Below, one piece after another: positions 50,101 to 64,000 of a stretch of DNA of 64,000 nt. The notes below the pieces were generated by a model. It did no database searches. It was not told the origin of the DNA and was given only the letters and a program-made list of their open reading frames with translations. The position numbers and the translations under genes were made by a program. The DNA comes from Octopus vulgaris (lineage: Eukaryota). How positions within the stretch are numbered: position 1 is the stretch's first letter; the number at the start of each line of letters is the position of its first letter. The stretch lies in the NCBI GenBank assembly GCA_951406725.2, contig OX597818.1:71734001-71798000 (forward strand). The letters run 5' to 3'.

Positions 50101-50607
50101 AACCCACATCCACACAGACACACACAAATACACATATATCTACATGTATACACACACATGCATGCTCCTACAAATGCTCCAACATGCTCCAACTTATATA
50201 TTAGACAAATGTATACACATACATAAGATATACACACAAAGATATACATCTACACAAGTACATATATGAACGCATATTTAACTCTACATATACACATATA
50301 ATATGTCAATACATCTACATAGTACACTTACGCACACATATATCTAAATATTTTTGCATATAGACATATATATTATCTATACATATTTAAATGTCTACAT
50401 ACATACAAACTCATATATAACCACATATTTACCTGTATATAGTAAAGTCGATAAAAAAGAGAGTACTGTAAGCTTAACGTAGGGAGTGTAATATCCAATA
50501 TTTGGAGTCTTTCTTCAGGGAAACGCTGACAGGAGGGAAATTAAAGAGGGAGAGCAGAGTTTTACATTGTTGGAGGCTGATCAAATATACATCTATTTAT
50601 ATATCTT

Positions 50608-50663
<56 letters not shown>

Positions 50664-51094
50664 TGCACACACACCTTATATAAAGTTATATCTATATATC
50701 TTTAAATGTCTACAAACGCATGCGCGCGTACACATACACCCAAATCCAAGTCTATTGAAATCTGTTATAAGTGCATACATTAAAAATAATTACAATTTAG
50801 ATTTTTATTTTAACATTTTATTGATTTCTTTAGACTCAATTAACGCTGTTCCCCACTCCTCATTACAACTTCTTATGTGTTTCATTATTATTTATTTTTA
50901 TCGACAATAGGAAGACAAAAGGAAAGTCAATATCGCCAAATTTGTCTATGGAACGCACATGAAACATGATTGGCTGTATTATTGAGATTGTCGGTTCGTT
51001 AGCTCAAAGTTCTGAGTTCGTTCTTAAACCGCTTTACTGTTAACAAATTGTGATAAAAATGAGCTGTTATAAATGGCATTAAAATGTTACAATT

Positions 51095-51510
51095 ACATTT
51101 AAACCGGCATCATATAACTCAAACAATCAGTTGTCATAGTTTATCTAGTCCGGCATCATAGTCTCAAACATCTCTGATATTTAATTCTGCATCATATAAT
51201 CTTGAGTAACTCAAACACTTAATCCAGTGTCATAGTCTTGAACAACTCTAATATTCAATCCAGCATCATAGTTTCAAACATTCTCTGACATTTACTCCGA
51301 CATCATTTATACTCTTCTTGATTACTTCTGACGTTTATTACGGCATGAAATTATCTTGATCACCTCTAACATTTAACCCGGCATCATAGTCCTTATCATC
51401 TCTAACATTTAACAGATATCATAGAGTGTTAAGCATTTCATTTAATCCAACATCATATAATCTTGAGCAATTCTAACATTTAATCTGGTATCATATAATC
51501 TTGATGATCT
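51095..51510. repeat. Degenerate minisatellite, about 36-39-bp unit, about 11 units
   Basis: Recurring ACATTTAATCCGGCATCATA(TA)ATCTTGA..CTCTA. Confidence 0.85.
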
Positions 51511-52574
51511 TAAACACATTAAACGATATCAAACCATTATAATTCGCACGTCATTATTTAAACATTCTAAATTAGCCACTATATGGTTCGTATAAAGAGC
51601 TAGAAATAGCAGCCACCTTTCATTCAAATCACGCACTGCAGCCTTATAAATGTGAATGGGATAACTGCGTCAAGTATGATGCCGTCCTAGATACACTACG
51701 GCGATGGTCAGAGCTGGAAACACCTCTGATCATATATCTGCTCAGTCATGATTAGCCTGAGGCTAAACAACATCAATAATAACAACGAGTACGACGATGT
51801 ACAAAGACGCCTATATGTACCAACTGCTAGGAAAAGCAGCCAACTTTCACCCAAAATCATACCCTACCGTCTTAAAACAGCAAGGACAAATTGGAAAATG
51901 TACGCAAAGGTATACAAGCACGACTGTCATAGTTTGAACACTTTTAATCATAGATCTGTTGATTCTGAGTTCAACATATAAAAATAGTAAAAAACAAGGG
52001 TTTTGAAACAAATTGCTTTGCTTTTAACCATCCTGTAATTATTAGAAATTCACTGAAAATGGGGTTATTTCTTCATTAATAAAATATGTTTATGTTATTT
52101 TGCTTTTAGGTAATTTCCTGAAAACGTATTTATTTTGGTTTTTATAGCTTCAACCAAATTTTGCGAATTCTGAAATAATTTGGAAGGAATAAAAAAATAA
52201 GTTCTTTATTTTATGAATGATTTATTTCAATGAAATTATGGAACAGCAACAGCTGCTTACCTGGCTCTTCTAATTGGAGATGCATACACACACGCACGAA
52301 GCGCGCATGCACGCGCACACACACACGCACGAAGCGCGCATGCACGCGCACACACACACGCACATATACACAAACACACACATATGCACATACACAAGCA
52401 CACACACACTCACATACACACGCACATACACACATACTTTCACTCACATACACACAAATATATATACACATAAATATATACTAGCTGGACCCGTGAAAAA
52501 TTCACAGAAAACATAAAGATGTAAACATCTGTAAACAGTGTACTGGTGCCATGAGAAATGTTTGAATATTATAA

Positions 52575-52720
52575 CCGTCTGTCTTTACGCTCTGAGTTCA
52601 AATTCTGCCAAGATCGACTTTACCTTCCACCCTTTCGGAGTCGATAAATTAAGTACCAGTTGTGTACTGAGGTCGATCTAATCAACTGGCCCTTCCCCAC
52701 AAAAAATTCAGGCCTAGAAA
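52575..52720 (+). mobile_element. SINE family B fragment
   Basis: CTGAGTTCAAATTCTGCC..TCGACTTTACCTTCCACCCTTTCGGAGTCGATAAATTAAGTACCAG matches 13835-13905. Confidence 0.8.
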
Positions 52721-52889
52721 AGTATATTGTGACAGTTACAGAATATAGAGAGTAATGTATCACCAATGACTATATAATCCAACCAAAATTTCTGTTACAC
52801 AAACGTAAACGGAATTACTATTTAACCTTAAATTACATCGTACATATTCAAAGAACCTTCTTGGTTTAGTGGTACGGAACGTTTTTCTG

Positions 52890-53190
52890 TTATTCTTTTA
52901 TTCTTTTACTTGTTTCAGTCATTTGACGGTGGCCATGCTGGAGCACCACCCTTTAGTCGAAGAAATTGACCCCTGGATTTATTCCCTGTAAGCTTGGTGC
53001 TTATTCTATCAGTCTCTTCCGCTAAACAGCTAAATTACAGGAACGCAAACGCACCAACATCGGTTGTCAAGCAATGTTGGTGGTGGGACAAACGCAGACA
53101 CAAATATACATACATCCAACCAACCAACCAACCAACCAACCAACCATCCATCCATCCATCCATCCATCCATACATACATATGACGGGCTT
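52890..53190 (-). mobile_element. SINE family A, 3' half
   Basis: TTTTACTTGTTTCAGTCATTTGAC..GGCCATGCTGGAGCACC..ACCAACATCGGTTGTCAAG..ACGGGCTT. Confidence 0.85.
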
Positions 53191-54624
53191 GGAGAGAGTG
53201 GTGATACTAGCTGGTACCATTTTGTGGTTTGCTGGTATGCCGAGAGAGATCCAGCGGGTCCCTAACTGGTTCCCTGATCTTAAAGGTGTAATGTGGATGC
53301 GTAATGATAGAGCGGCTGGTGTGGTGGTGATGCTAGCTGGTGCGGTGGTCTTCCTCACAGTACTTCATGGTAGACAATATTTTGTATGTCACACCACATT
53401 TTTGACCTTGTCTGTTATCCCAATTGAGTGTCATAACTCTGACTTTGATATTGTTCCATAGCTCGTCCTCTTGAAAATGCGACATATAATTGGCCATGAG
53501 AAAATACCGGTTGAAGCAAATGTATTCCAACTTTTTCAAATGTTTGCCTTTGAGCCTTATTAATTCTCATTAAATATGCCAGTCGAAGTGGCAACTGAAG
53601 TCTTTTAGTGTGAATGGAATATTTGCATCACTTGGACTAAGTTTACAAATAGAAATGCAAAAGAACGAATAATAAATGGATTTATAAATGAAAGTTTGGT
53701 AATTGCATTTATTTCCACCACGCGACACTTATTATTGGAAACATGTTTTAACTAACCTAAACTATACACACACACAAATACATTCATATATATGTATATA
53801 TATATATGTCGGGGCCAGCCTTGTTATATTCTGTGTGAGGCTGAATCTCCCTGAGAACTACGTTAATGTTATGTATGTCTGTGGAGTACTCAGCCATTTG
53901 TGAGTTAATTTTATCTTGGTGTATAACTGACAGCCGCTCTCTTTCTATCTCACTTTTTCTCACTCTCTTTCTTTCTCTCTTACACCCTCTCTGAAACATT
54001 TAAAAACACAAAACGAACGCCGTCACCTGTCACTATCTCTTTCACTTTCTCTCTCTTTCTCTCTTGCTTCCTCTCTGAAGCATTTAAAAACACAAATCGA
54101 ACGCCATCACCGTTGACTGTCTCTTCCACTCTCTCTTCTCTCTCACTCTCTCTCTTTCTCTCTTACTTCCTCTCTGTCATCCTCTCTCTCGCTTTGCCAC
54201 TTCTTTGAAGTGTGACGCACACAACAGGTACGTACAAAAACGAAAAGCGTATTAATATTATTGATACTCACACACATGTATACATACATGTACACATACA
54301 CAATACGTATACATATATACACATACATACACACATTCGTACACACACACACACACACACGTGCATGCACACACATATAAATCACACTTAATGTAAATAC
54401 ATCGTTGAAAGGCAAATTTACTACGGTAGTTGTTCAGTGATTACAACTCTTACGGATGTGCTGTGTTCAAAACCTCAATATATATCGGAGTGAGACGAAA
54501 ATCGCCCCAGAAACGGTTAACGAGGACGGCAGACGCATTTCTGTTTCGTTGGGCGTTGTCATTGGTCTACACCTCACAACCTGTCACATGATTAGATGGA
54601 ATTTGTTAACGCTCAAAGGCAGAA

Positions 54625-54790
54625 ATGCATGGATCAACTCTACATTAATGTTTTAAATAACATCCATGGATCAAATCTGCGTTAATGCAGTTGATCACAT
54701 TCATGAAACAACTTTGAATTAATGTGGGAGATAACATGTATGCATCAACTTTGCATTAATGAAGCAGATAACATGCTAGGACCAACTCAA
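54625..54790. repeat. Degenerate 37-bp tandem repeat, about 4.5 units
   Basis: CATGGATCAACTCTACATTAATG..ATAACAT recurring with a 37-bp period. Confidence 0.8.
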
Positions 54791-55800
54791 AACAACACTG
54801 AAAGCCGCTGAACTTGAGCCTAAATCGTTTGAAATGCAAGCCCGAGACCGTACCAAGTAGCAGTATTCCATCACCATCGAAAGCAAAAACTCTCCTTCCA
54901 CCAGCATTACTATAGAAACAATACCACCGTCTCTTCTATGCAAGAATTGGTCTACGCAGTCATCAACATCTTCACCATAAAGAAAGCGCTATGCAAAGAA
55001 GAAAGTAAAATCTTGTATAAGAGGTCAAACCGACGACGACGACGAATGAAAGGTTTAACAACCATGGATCAATTCTACATATATGAGTTCAGTTCTGACG
55101 AGCGGATACGATCTTTCTTGGGAGATAGAATGATTAGATTGGTATGATGTGAAATGAGTTCTTTAATGGATGGTCCTGCACACAAACATATGATTATCTC
55201 ATTGAAGAAGGGCTTAATCCAAAATTTCAGAACTCACGTCATGGTACCCTTTCATTAAATCTTTAAAGATTATTAACCAAAGATAATTAAAAACAATAGA
55301 CTACTGATAACAGAACAAGCAAAAAACCCTTCAACTGCGACATCAACACATTATCTACTGAGTCAATTTCAACATGGCATCCATTGCACATATTAAATGA
55401 GGACCATCGCTGCATTGTCGTTCGACATACTAGGAACAGCAGTAATATCACCCCCACTTCACATACACACCACCATCCTACCCACCTAAGAAAGAGGATA
55501 GTCAACATAGTTCTTTTCAATGACACTGTTTTAAAAATGAAAACGGAATAGTCACGGGTGGAATACTTTTTGGCACGCAGGTCTGCTCCATCAGAATCAG
55601 CAACAAGCGAAACAATGGCAACGATAACTGATTTGATGGGCAGAACAACACGAAAACTGATATTATCGGTTGAAGTTTAGTCATTTAGGTCAAACATTTT
55701 TAACGTCTCCAGGTTGTACACAATAAAGTGTGGTTGAGGTCAAACCGGTTCATTGCTTATGACGTCATTATCTATTGATTTACGTTACGTCACTAGCTGT

Positions 55801-55844
<44 letters not shown>

Positions 55845-55862
55845 TCGCTCTCTCTGTCTCTC

Positions 55863-55904
<42 letters not shown>

Positions 55905-56157
55905 GTTTCTCATGTATCGTCTGTCTTACATACTACTATGTAACTACTGCGTGCAATTTGTACATACTTTTACATCAGCTATGTATATATTGTTTTTCCT
56001 TTTACATACGCGCGCACACACAGACACACACACAGTTGCGCGCGCACACGTATACACACCGACACACAGACACACGCCGACACACAGACACACACCGAAA
56101 CACACACACACATTTACATACATATATGAATTATATTTATGCATTTTTATAGATTTA

Positions 56158-56190
56158 CTAGCAAAGATACCCGGCGTTGCTCGGGATTAA
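56158..56190 (-). mobile_element. Isolated Helitron-type 3' terminus
   Basis: Minus strand CCCGAGCAACGCCGGG hairpin, then TATCTTTG, then CTAG|T. Confidence 0.6.
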
Positions 56191-56204
56191 CATGACACAA
56201 TTTT

Positions 56205-56495
56205 TTAGTTTTACTTGTTTCGGTCATGTGTCTGCGGCTATGCTGGAGCCCCGCCTTAGTCGAAGAAATCGACCCAAAGATTCATTCTTTGTAAGCCTAG
56301 TACTTATTCTATCGGTGTGTTTTGCCGGGGACGTAAAGACAGTAACATCGGTTGTAGAGCGATGGTGGGGGTACAACTCTCTTTCTCTCTCTCACACAGA
56401 TACAGACACAAATATACACATATATACGACAGTCTCCTTTCAGTTTTCGTGTACGAAATCCACTCAGAAGGCTTTGGTGGCCCCGAGGCTATAGT
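56205..56495 (-). mobile_element. SINE family A, 5'-truncated
   Basis: Colinear with the reverse complement of 56845-57220. Confidence 0.85.
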
Positions 56496-56752
56496 GTGTG
56501 TGTATATGTGTGTATATATATACATATACATATATGTATGTGTGTGTGTGTGAGTGTGTGTGTGTGTGTATGAGGTGAGAGAGTAGGTATGTGAAAGCAC
56601 GTGGCTGGATATATAAAAGACAAAATAAAATGAGAAAACTACAGAAGACTTGTATTATATGGTTAAAGCGTAGGTTTCCTTATTTAATCTAACTTGTGTT
56701 GGTGTTCCAATGGCACGTTGATAAAATGGAAAAATTACAAATTGTGATAGCA

Positions 56753-57233
<481 letters not shown>

Positions 57234-57239
57234 AATCGT

Positions 57240-59125
57240 CATGTTAGAAAAATGTTATAAAATTTTGTGTGTAGTGACATTGTTTTTGCAGAAATAATCG
57301 GTTTCGTATTTTCTTTTCAAATTTTTCAAATTTCTTTACCGATATTGTGTCATCTTTTCGCTATGGTGTGAAGTAGGAGAGTTCCAAACAGGGGGAGTTA
57401 ATCAAGGATTTTTTCGGTATAAGGGAGATAATCAAAAATGTTGGGAATGATTAGGTTTTATCAATTTGACATGATTTGGTTTTGATAGAATAGAATGTTA
57501 GAAGTGGTTACGTTTTGCTTTATATTTTTCAATGAGGTAAGGTTCCTTATTTATAAATACTAGAAATGGTTAAGGTTTGGTTTATATTTTTCATAAGTAG
57601 GTTTCTTTATTTAATCTAACTTCTGTTGGTGTTCCAATGACGCGTTGATAAAATGGAAAGATTACAAATTGTGGTAGCAGTTGCTTTGTGCATATCTCAA
57701 TACGTTCACTAAAGGGTATCATTCTGTATTCTGGGAATGCAATCTGCTGTCGGTGCAGAGTGAATCTGCGTCTGAGCGGTAATCCCGTGGACCCAATGTA
57801 GATTTGGTGGCAGCCCGAGTATCTTATAACATAAATCAGATTTCTGAAGCATAAATAAAATCAGATTTGATTTTGAATTTTTGTCCCTCTTTAAAATGGA
57901 ATTCCGATCCTTCTAGACGGTTTGGGTATGTCGCGCAATTTGGTCGACCACATTTTTTCACTTTTGCATCCGTTATTTTAGAAAATGATTTTGCCTTTGT
58001 GAGAATCTTTTTTAGTGATTTCGGTTGTTTGTGGCTTTTAATGATCTTATGTGTATACAACATTTCTTTTAATTTGGGGTCCTTATGTAGCATTGGTAAA
58101 TTTTGGATGATAACGGTGAAGGCTTCTTTGTTTCTGGGGTTGTTTCTGGATATGTACGGCAGTATTTTCGGGGAAGGTGTGTTGCTGTATTGAACCTTTC
58201 TTAAGGGTTTTATATCGATTTGTGTTGCACGTCTGATTACATCCTCCATGAGTTGTGTTTGTCAAATCGGGGTATTTTTGAGTTTTTGCAGCCTAAAGTC
58301 TCTGGTATTTTTTTTCTGACACAATTGTGCATATCCTTCTTGCAGAGTTGAAGGGAATGCTTGTTTTGGTGTGTCTTGGGTGGCATGAATTAAATAGTAG
58401 TTATTGTTTGACGTTTGTAGTTTTGTAAAATATGTCCGTTTCTATTTTTAGGTTTATTATTTTAATTAGTATATCCAAGAATGGAAGCTCCTTTTGGTTG
58501 TATTCCATTGTGAACTGTATGTCTGGGTTGACGCTGTTCAATAGTCTTTTGAATTCCAGGAGTTTGTCTTTTTATTCCAGATGATGAAACAGTCGTCTAG
58601 GAATCTTTTCCAATTTTCTTTTACGTGTTGCGAAAGAGGGTTTCCAAAGGTAGATAAAAGATTCCTAGTATATTATTATTTCCAGATAGTCCATTGTTAG
58701 GTTCGCAATGACCGGTGCTGCCCTAGTGCCCATGGCAATTCCGGATTACTGTCGATAAAAAGTGTTATCAAACATGAAATGGTTGTTTCGTAGGATGAAT
58801 TCAACCGATTCAATTATGAATTCTTTGCCGATCCTTTCCAGTATTTCTTCAAGATATTGGTCCAGCCAGAACTGAATTGTCTCTAGCCCATAATTATGAG
58901 GTATACTAGTATATAAGTTAATCAGATCAAATGAAACCATGGTGGTTTCTCCCTTCACTTTTTTTGGAGGTGATTTAACATGTCCAAGTCATCTCTGATA
59001 TAGCTATTGATGTGTTTAAGGAAGGGTTTCAGGAGGATGTCTATAAATAGACTTAGTCTGTGTGTTTCAGGGGCTGGGCCAGCTATAATGGGTCGCAATT
59101 TTAGGTCCCGTGGGTTTGGTGTATG
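57240..59125 (-). mobile_element. 5'-truncated, decayed Neptune-like PLE (RT + GIY-YIG)
   Basis: RPIIAGP, VSFDLINLYTSIPHNYG, GIAMGTRAAP, KRFLDDCFI, LPFLDI, SCHPRHTKTSIPFN, linker KKCGRPNCAT, IYIGSTG..RFTLHRQQI. Confidence 0.88.
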
Positions 59126-59182
<57 letters not shown>

Positions 59183-59215
59183 AAATGAAATAAAAAACAG
59201 AACACAAAGGATGTC

Positions 59216-59307
59216 GCGGTACACGTGTTTCAAGCTTTATAAAACAACTTATTCTTACATCATTGTATAATCGACATAACAGAGGATTTAAAGCTCTCTT
59301 CAGCCGC
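59216..59307 (-). ncRNA. Type I hammerhead with 65-nt stem II
   Basis: GCGG-CUGAAGA-GAGCUUUA..UAAAGCUU-GAAA-CACGUG-UA-CCGC; GC-rich stem I, palindromic stem III ACACGUGU. Confidence 0.8.
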
Positions 59308-59761
59308 ATGCAATTGCTATACCAAAGACCTGCATCACATTATGAAAAGTCCGAAAAGGAACATTTGGTATTATCTATAATGGTAGGTATATTGAGTTTC
59401 ACTGAGAAAGTATGTTTGTAAATCTTCATAATCAAATAGGTGTGCAGGGTATTATTGGACTTCGAAAATCCGTCCATACTGTATCATCAGTCAATATAGT
59501 GTGAATGCTGAGTAGATTCTAGTGGGTTCATTCCTCTTGTAAGGGAAGGAAACAAGGAGAATTGAAGGTTGAGAAAAAAGAGAAAGAAAAGGAAAAAGAA
59601 GAATAGAGGGGAAGAGAAGGAAACGGTAATAATGTTGGGATCACAAGTAAAAATATAAATATAAATGGATATAATACAATAAAATATAATAAAAAATATA
59701 AAGATATAAAAATATAAAAATATAAAGATATAAAAATATAAAAATATAAAAAAAATATATA

Positions 59762-59787
59762 TCTATATATATAAAACTGAGAATGTG

Positions 59788-59818
<31 letters not shown>

Positions 59819-61446
59819 GTGTTTCCCTAAAACTTGAGAACTACTCAACCAATTTCCTTCAAATTTTACACATGCCTTACTTAGGGTCCGGGGAGTGTTA
59901 TCGGCAAAAAAGTTCAACTTCTTGCCTAGGACGAGCCCATAGTAATATCATATCTTCTCCACTATGATTCCCTAAAACTTGAGAACTACACAACCAATTT
60001 CATTCAAATTTTACACATGCCTTACTGAGGGTCCATGTAGTGTCATGGGCAAAAAAAAAATGTTCAACTTCTTGTCTAGGGCGAGCCCATAGTAATATCA
60101 TATCTTCTCCACTATTTCAGTATTACGTGTTAAAAGTGAAACAAAAACATCTCTCTATTTTATGTCAGATACTTTCACTTTAACAATAAAAATTAGAGAT
60201 AATAATAACAATTGAATTATATGTAGTAAGTAATAATTAAAATCAAACTAAAGTATAATATAATAATTAAATCGTAACATAATAATTAAAAGTAAAAATA
60301 GCAATTGGTATAAAATTGCATCAATGACTTTACCACGGCTTTTACATTAGATTATCTGCTAATTATCTAGCATTAAGTATCTATATGAAGTTTGGCTGTA
60401 TGTAACGTCTGTTTTCTCGAACAGACGCTTCTACTGAATACTGCTGTTAGTTTATTTCTGATCCATAAAGGACCATAGCTTCAACTGAGTACTGCTTTTT
60501 GATTCACCGTAAGGTTTGTTGTTATTATTATTACTATTTAACTATTGTTATCACGTTTGTTGGTTCCTCGTAAGCGAAGCGTTGTTGTGTTGCATTTGTT
60601 AAATAATTGTAAACAGTAACCCTCCCCATTTGGGAGAAGGAGCTTTGGTTATTGTTTAAAAATTGAATTGTGTCCCTGTTTGGGGAAATTGACAATATTT
60701 TCACCGTTTATACGGAAGCACTTTTGTTAGAATGTCTTCGATAGAAGAAAGTCCAAAAAATGAATTTCGCTGCAGCCACCGGTGGGCGCGAACTCATTAA
60801 AATTAATATGGAAGAAATACAAACCTATTTCGGATTGATCACCGACAAAGACGGTGAATCTAGGATAACACCACCAAACGAAATAAAAGATAAAATTAAA
60901 GAAAAGACTATTGTCTATAAAGGATACAATGTAGAGAAAAAAAGATTTGAACACCTGGAGGAAAGCACCATTGAAAAGTGTCTTGGTGCGACTATGAAAG
61001 ATATCAAGTATCTAATCAGAGGCAGTAAATTCGCCACGATAGAAGCAAGGTTCGAGTCAACGGAGCGTGCAAGGGAGTACTCGACTAGAACCTTGCAAAG
61101 TGAAAATATTTTATTTTTACCTTTATATCTGGGACGTAGGACGTCCCGGATAAAAATTAAAAATGTCCCCCCAAAAGTAGAGGTAGGCTGGATTGTAGCC
61201 ACACTTCTATACAAGAGGGCGGACAAGATACAATTGATCGAAATTGCGAGAGATGGGCCTACAATTCCAGTCTGTTATATATTTTGAGTATTGTTATCAC
61301 TAGTGATATCAAGATATAACTTTGTATTTTGTATTTTATGTGTAGATGTATATATATATAGATGTACACGTAATATGTACACATATATATACACATATAT
61401 ACATGCACTAGCACTATGACCCGGCAATGCCGGGTCATAATGCTAG
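59762..61446 (+). mobile_element. Non-autonomous Helitron carrying a captured ORF fragment
   Basis: A|TCTATATATATAAAA 5' end; 3' GC-rich hairpin (ACCCGGCAATGCCGGGT) then CTAG|T; no TSD; internal about 145-bp tandem duplication (59824-60115). Confidence 0.75.
60760..61287 (+). pseudogene. Truncated ORF resembling the N-terminal RRM-like region of a non-LTR ORF1/gag protein
   Basis: 175-aa non-repetitive ORF: IEARFESTERAREYSTRTL..LFLPLYLGRRTSRIKIKNVPP. Family assignment is pattern-based inference. Confidence 0.45.
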
Positions 61447-61477
61447 TATATATATATATTACACACACATACACACA

Positions 61478-61793
61478 AATTCGCCATGATAGAAGAAGGT
61501 TCGAGTCAACGGAGCGTGCAAGGGAGTACTCGACTCGAACCTTGCAAAGTGAAAATATTTTATTTTTACCTTTATATCTGGGACGTAGGACGTCCCGGAT
61601 GAAAATTTAAAATGTCCCCCCAAAAGTAGAGGTAGGCTGGATTGTAGCCACACTTCTATACAAGTGGGCGGACAAGATACAACTGATCGAAATTGCAAGA
61701 GACGGGCCTACAATTTCAGTCTGTTATATATTTTGAGTATTGTTATCACTAGCGATATCAAGATATAACTTTGTATTTTGCATTTTATGTGTA

Positions 61794-61847
<54 letters not shown>

Positions 61848-61900
61848 TGTACACGTAATATGTACACATATATATACACATATATACATACATATATATA
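61478..61900 (+). repeat. Direct duplication of 61027-61400
   Basis: Near-identical copy, including the ORF/AT-rich junction. Confidence 0.95.
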
Positions 61901-61949
61901 TATATTATATATATATTATTTGTATATTATATTTTTATTATTATTTTTT

Positions 61950-62146
61950 TTTTACTTGTTTCAGTCATTTGACTGCGGCCATGCTGGAGCACCGCCTTTA
62001 ATCGAGCAACTCGACCCCGGGACTTATTCTTTTGTAAGCCCAGTACTTATTCTATCGGTCTCTTTTGCCGAACCGCTAAGTAACGGGGACATAAATACAC
62101 CAGCATCGGTTGTCGAGCAATGCTAGGGGGGACAAACACACACACG

Positions 62147-62179
<33 letters not shown>

Positions 62180-62238
62180 ACGACGGGCTTCTTTCAGTTT
62201 CCGTCTACCAAATCCACTCACAAGGCTTTGGTCAGCCC
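61950..62238 (-). mobile_element. SINE family A, 5'-truncated
   Basis: Colinear with the reverse complement of 56860-57220. Confidence 0.9.
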
Positions 62239-62374
62239 CATATTAAATATAATATGTATATATGTATATATATATATTCATATATACATATACATCTATA
62301 CATATACATGTATACATATTCATCTATATATATGCATATATACATACATATATATGTGCAGATTTATATACACC

Positions 62375-62448
<74 letters not shown>

Positions 62449-62584
62449 TATATGCATAATAGACACACACACACATATATATGTACGTATGTATGCATGT
62501 ATATATGTAATGTGAAATAATAGTTTCATGCTTAACAGTTTCACTTTGTATATATCTCTATATATAATTATATATATATTGAAA

Positions 62585-62855
62585 GTATTAATAGTGAAAC
62601 TATTAAAAGTGAAACTATTATCTTGCATTACAATAAAGATGTTATTGTTTCCTTTTTAACGCGTAATACCGAAACAGTATAAGAGATTGCTCTAGGCTCG
62701 CATTGGGCAACAATTTGAAACTTTTGGGGCCCATGATACTCCATGGACCATAAGTGGTGTATGTGAAAAGCTGAATGAAATCGGTTGGGTAGTTCTGGAG
62801 TTTTAGTAATGCTCACAGACAGACAGTCAGACAATCTTAGTTGTATATATATAGA
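62585..62855 (-). mobile_element. Helitron 5' end, same family as 59762, opposite orientation
   Basis: Minus strand A|TCTATATATATACAACTAAGATTGTCTGACTGTCTG..CTAAAACT..GAACTAC.CAACC.ATTTCATTCA, homologous to 59762-60185. Confidence 0.8.
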
Positions 62856-63067
62856 TATATATGTGTGTGTGTGTTAGTGTGTGTGTGTTTGTGTTTGTAT
62901 GTGTATGTTTATATTTATGTATATATATATATATATATGCATTTATGAGTACACACATACTTTTATGCACCCACAACCGCACAACCACACATACACATAC
63001 AGGCACACAAACACATACAAGCACACATATACATACACACGCACACGCGCGCACACACGCACCCATA

Positions 63068-63382
63068 CAGACATACCTCACCTTACGTCGGTAATTGTTT
63101 CCAAGATATGCAACTTAACCCGAAAAACGATACTAAAAACATTTCAGAAACATTATTAGATTTCATTAGCTTTAACAGATGGTTTGTACATAATTTTACA
63201 TGTATTTTATTTGAAATACTACTTCACTGTTGTTTTAGGTGTACATTAAATATGGTTGCTGAGTCTGGCGTAAAGTCGTATAAATCGACTGAAGTGGAAG
63301 TTCAGTTCCCATTAATTTCTTTTAAAAAATCGATGTTAGGTCGAAAAAGGCGTAACTCTAAACGACGTAAGTTGAGTTACGC
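63068..63382. mobile_element. Possible Tigger/pogo-type MITE
   Basis: Imperfect TIRs: CAGACATACCTCACCTTACGTCG vs reverse complement CAGCGTAACTCAACTTACGTCG. Confidence 0.4.
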
Positions 63383-64000
63383 TGGTGCATATATATACAT
63401 ACATACATACGCGCGCGCGCACACACACACACAAAGATAGAGAGAGAAAGAGAAAGAGAGATAGAGAGAGAGTTTCAACTGCAAAACATTTCTTTCATCT
63501 CATGCCGACTGAAAATTACAACATGATCGGTACTCTAAGATTATCACCCCTTCGAGCGATGCTAAGCAGCATTGATGCCACCAGGAAGCCCAGGAGATCT
63601 GGGCTTACAATGTACCACACAATCTCTTTCCTCTCCATGCATCCCCTACAGCAAACTTGATACTGCTTTATCTACGCAAACCTGTAGCTAATTTGTTTTG
63701 CTTCGCTGTCCACGTTGGTCTTGTTTTCTGCTTCTTTTACCAAGTCTTGAATTATGGTTTTGTTGTGCGTCCAAAGTTTGATTCCAAACCAATACGACTC
63801 AATAAATCTAGATAAAGACATATGGCATCCTACCTATATGCACATGTAGGTGGTTGATGTATGCATGCACGTATATACGCATGTATGCACGTTTGTACAC
63901 ACGAATGTGTATATATATATATAGTTTATTTTATTTACTAAAGCCTATTCCCCATAGGATTGGGTAGCCACAACAAAAAACATACCAGGCATTCCATTTA

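Noticed and set aside
51095-51510. CRISPR-like periodicity (also 54625-54790)
   Set aside because: The whole unit is degenerate with no identical-repeat/unique-spacer alternation; eukaryotic context and no cas genes.

Overview
Eukaryotic, repeat-saturated DNA with no recognisable host protein-coding gene, rRNA or tRNA gene. The SINE families and the density of (TA)n/(CA)n suggest an octopus-like cephalopod (inference). The window is a mosaic of nested transposable elements: RTE LINEs (one with a triple C2H2 tail, interrupted by a mariner); a HERO-like RLE non-LTR element inserted cleanly into a Tc1 transposase; a second near-complete IR/DR Tc1; maT (DD37D), mariner and pogo remnants; a solo LTR; a complete compact 4.27-kb Ty3/Gypsy element (5-bp TSD, -1 frameshift signal with pseudoknot, no canonical tRNA PBS); several Penelope-like elements (a full-length decayed Neptune with two pLTRs, Neptune fragments, a 5'-truncated Naiad-like element); two tRNA-derived SINE families; and convergent non-autonomous Helitrons. 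The most notable unannotated signal is a dispersed set of about 10 type-I hammerhead ribozyme motifs in several short PLE-type termini, mostly ending in (TA)n tracts. Several have unusually long (about 50-65 nt) AT-rich stem II insertions, and several are tied to fold-back inverted repeats, one of which starts almost exactly at the predicted cleavage site. All calls were made by eye; boundaries other than TIR/LTR/TSD ends are approximate.
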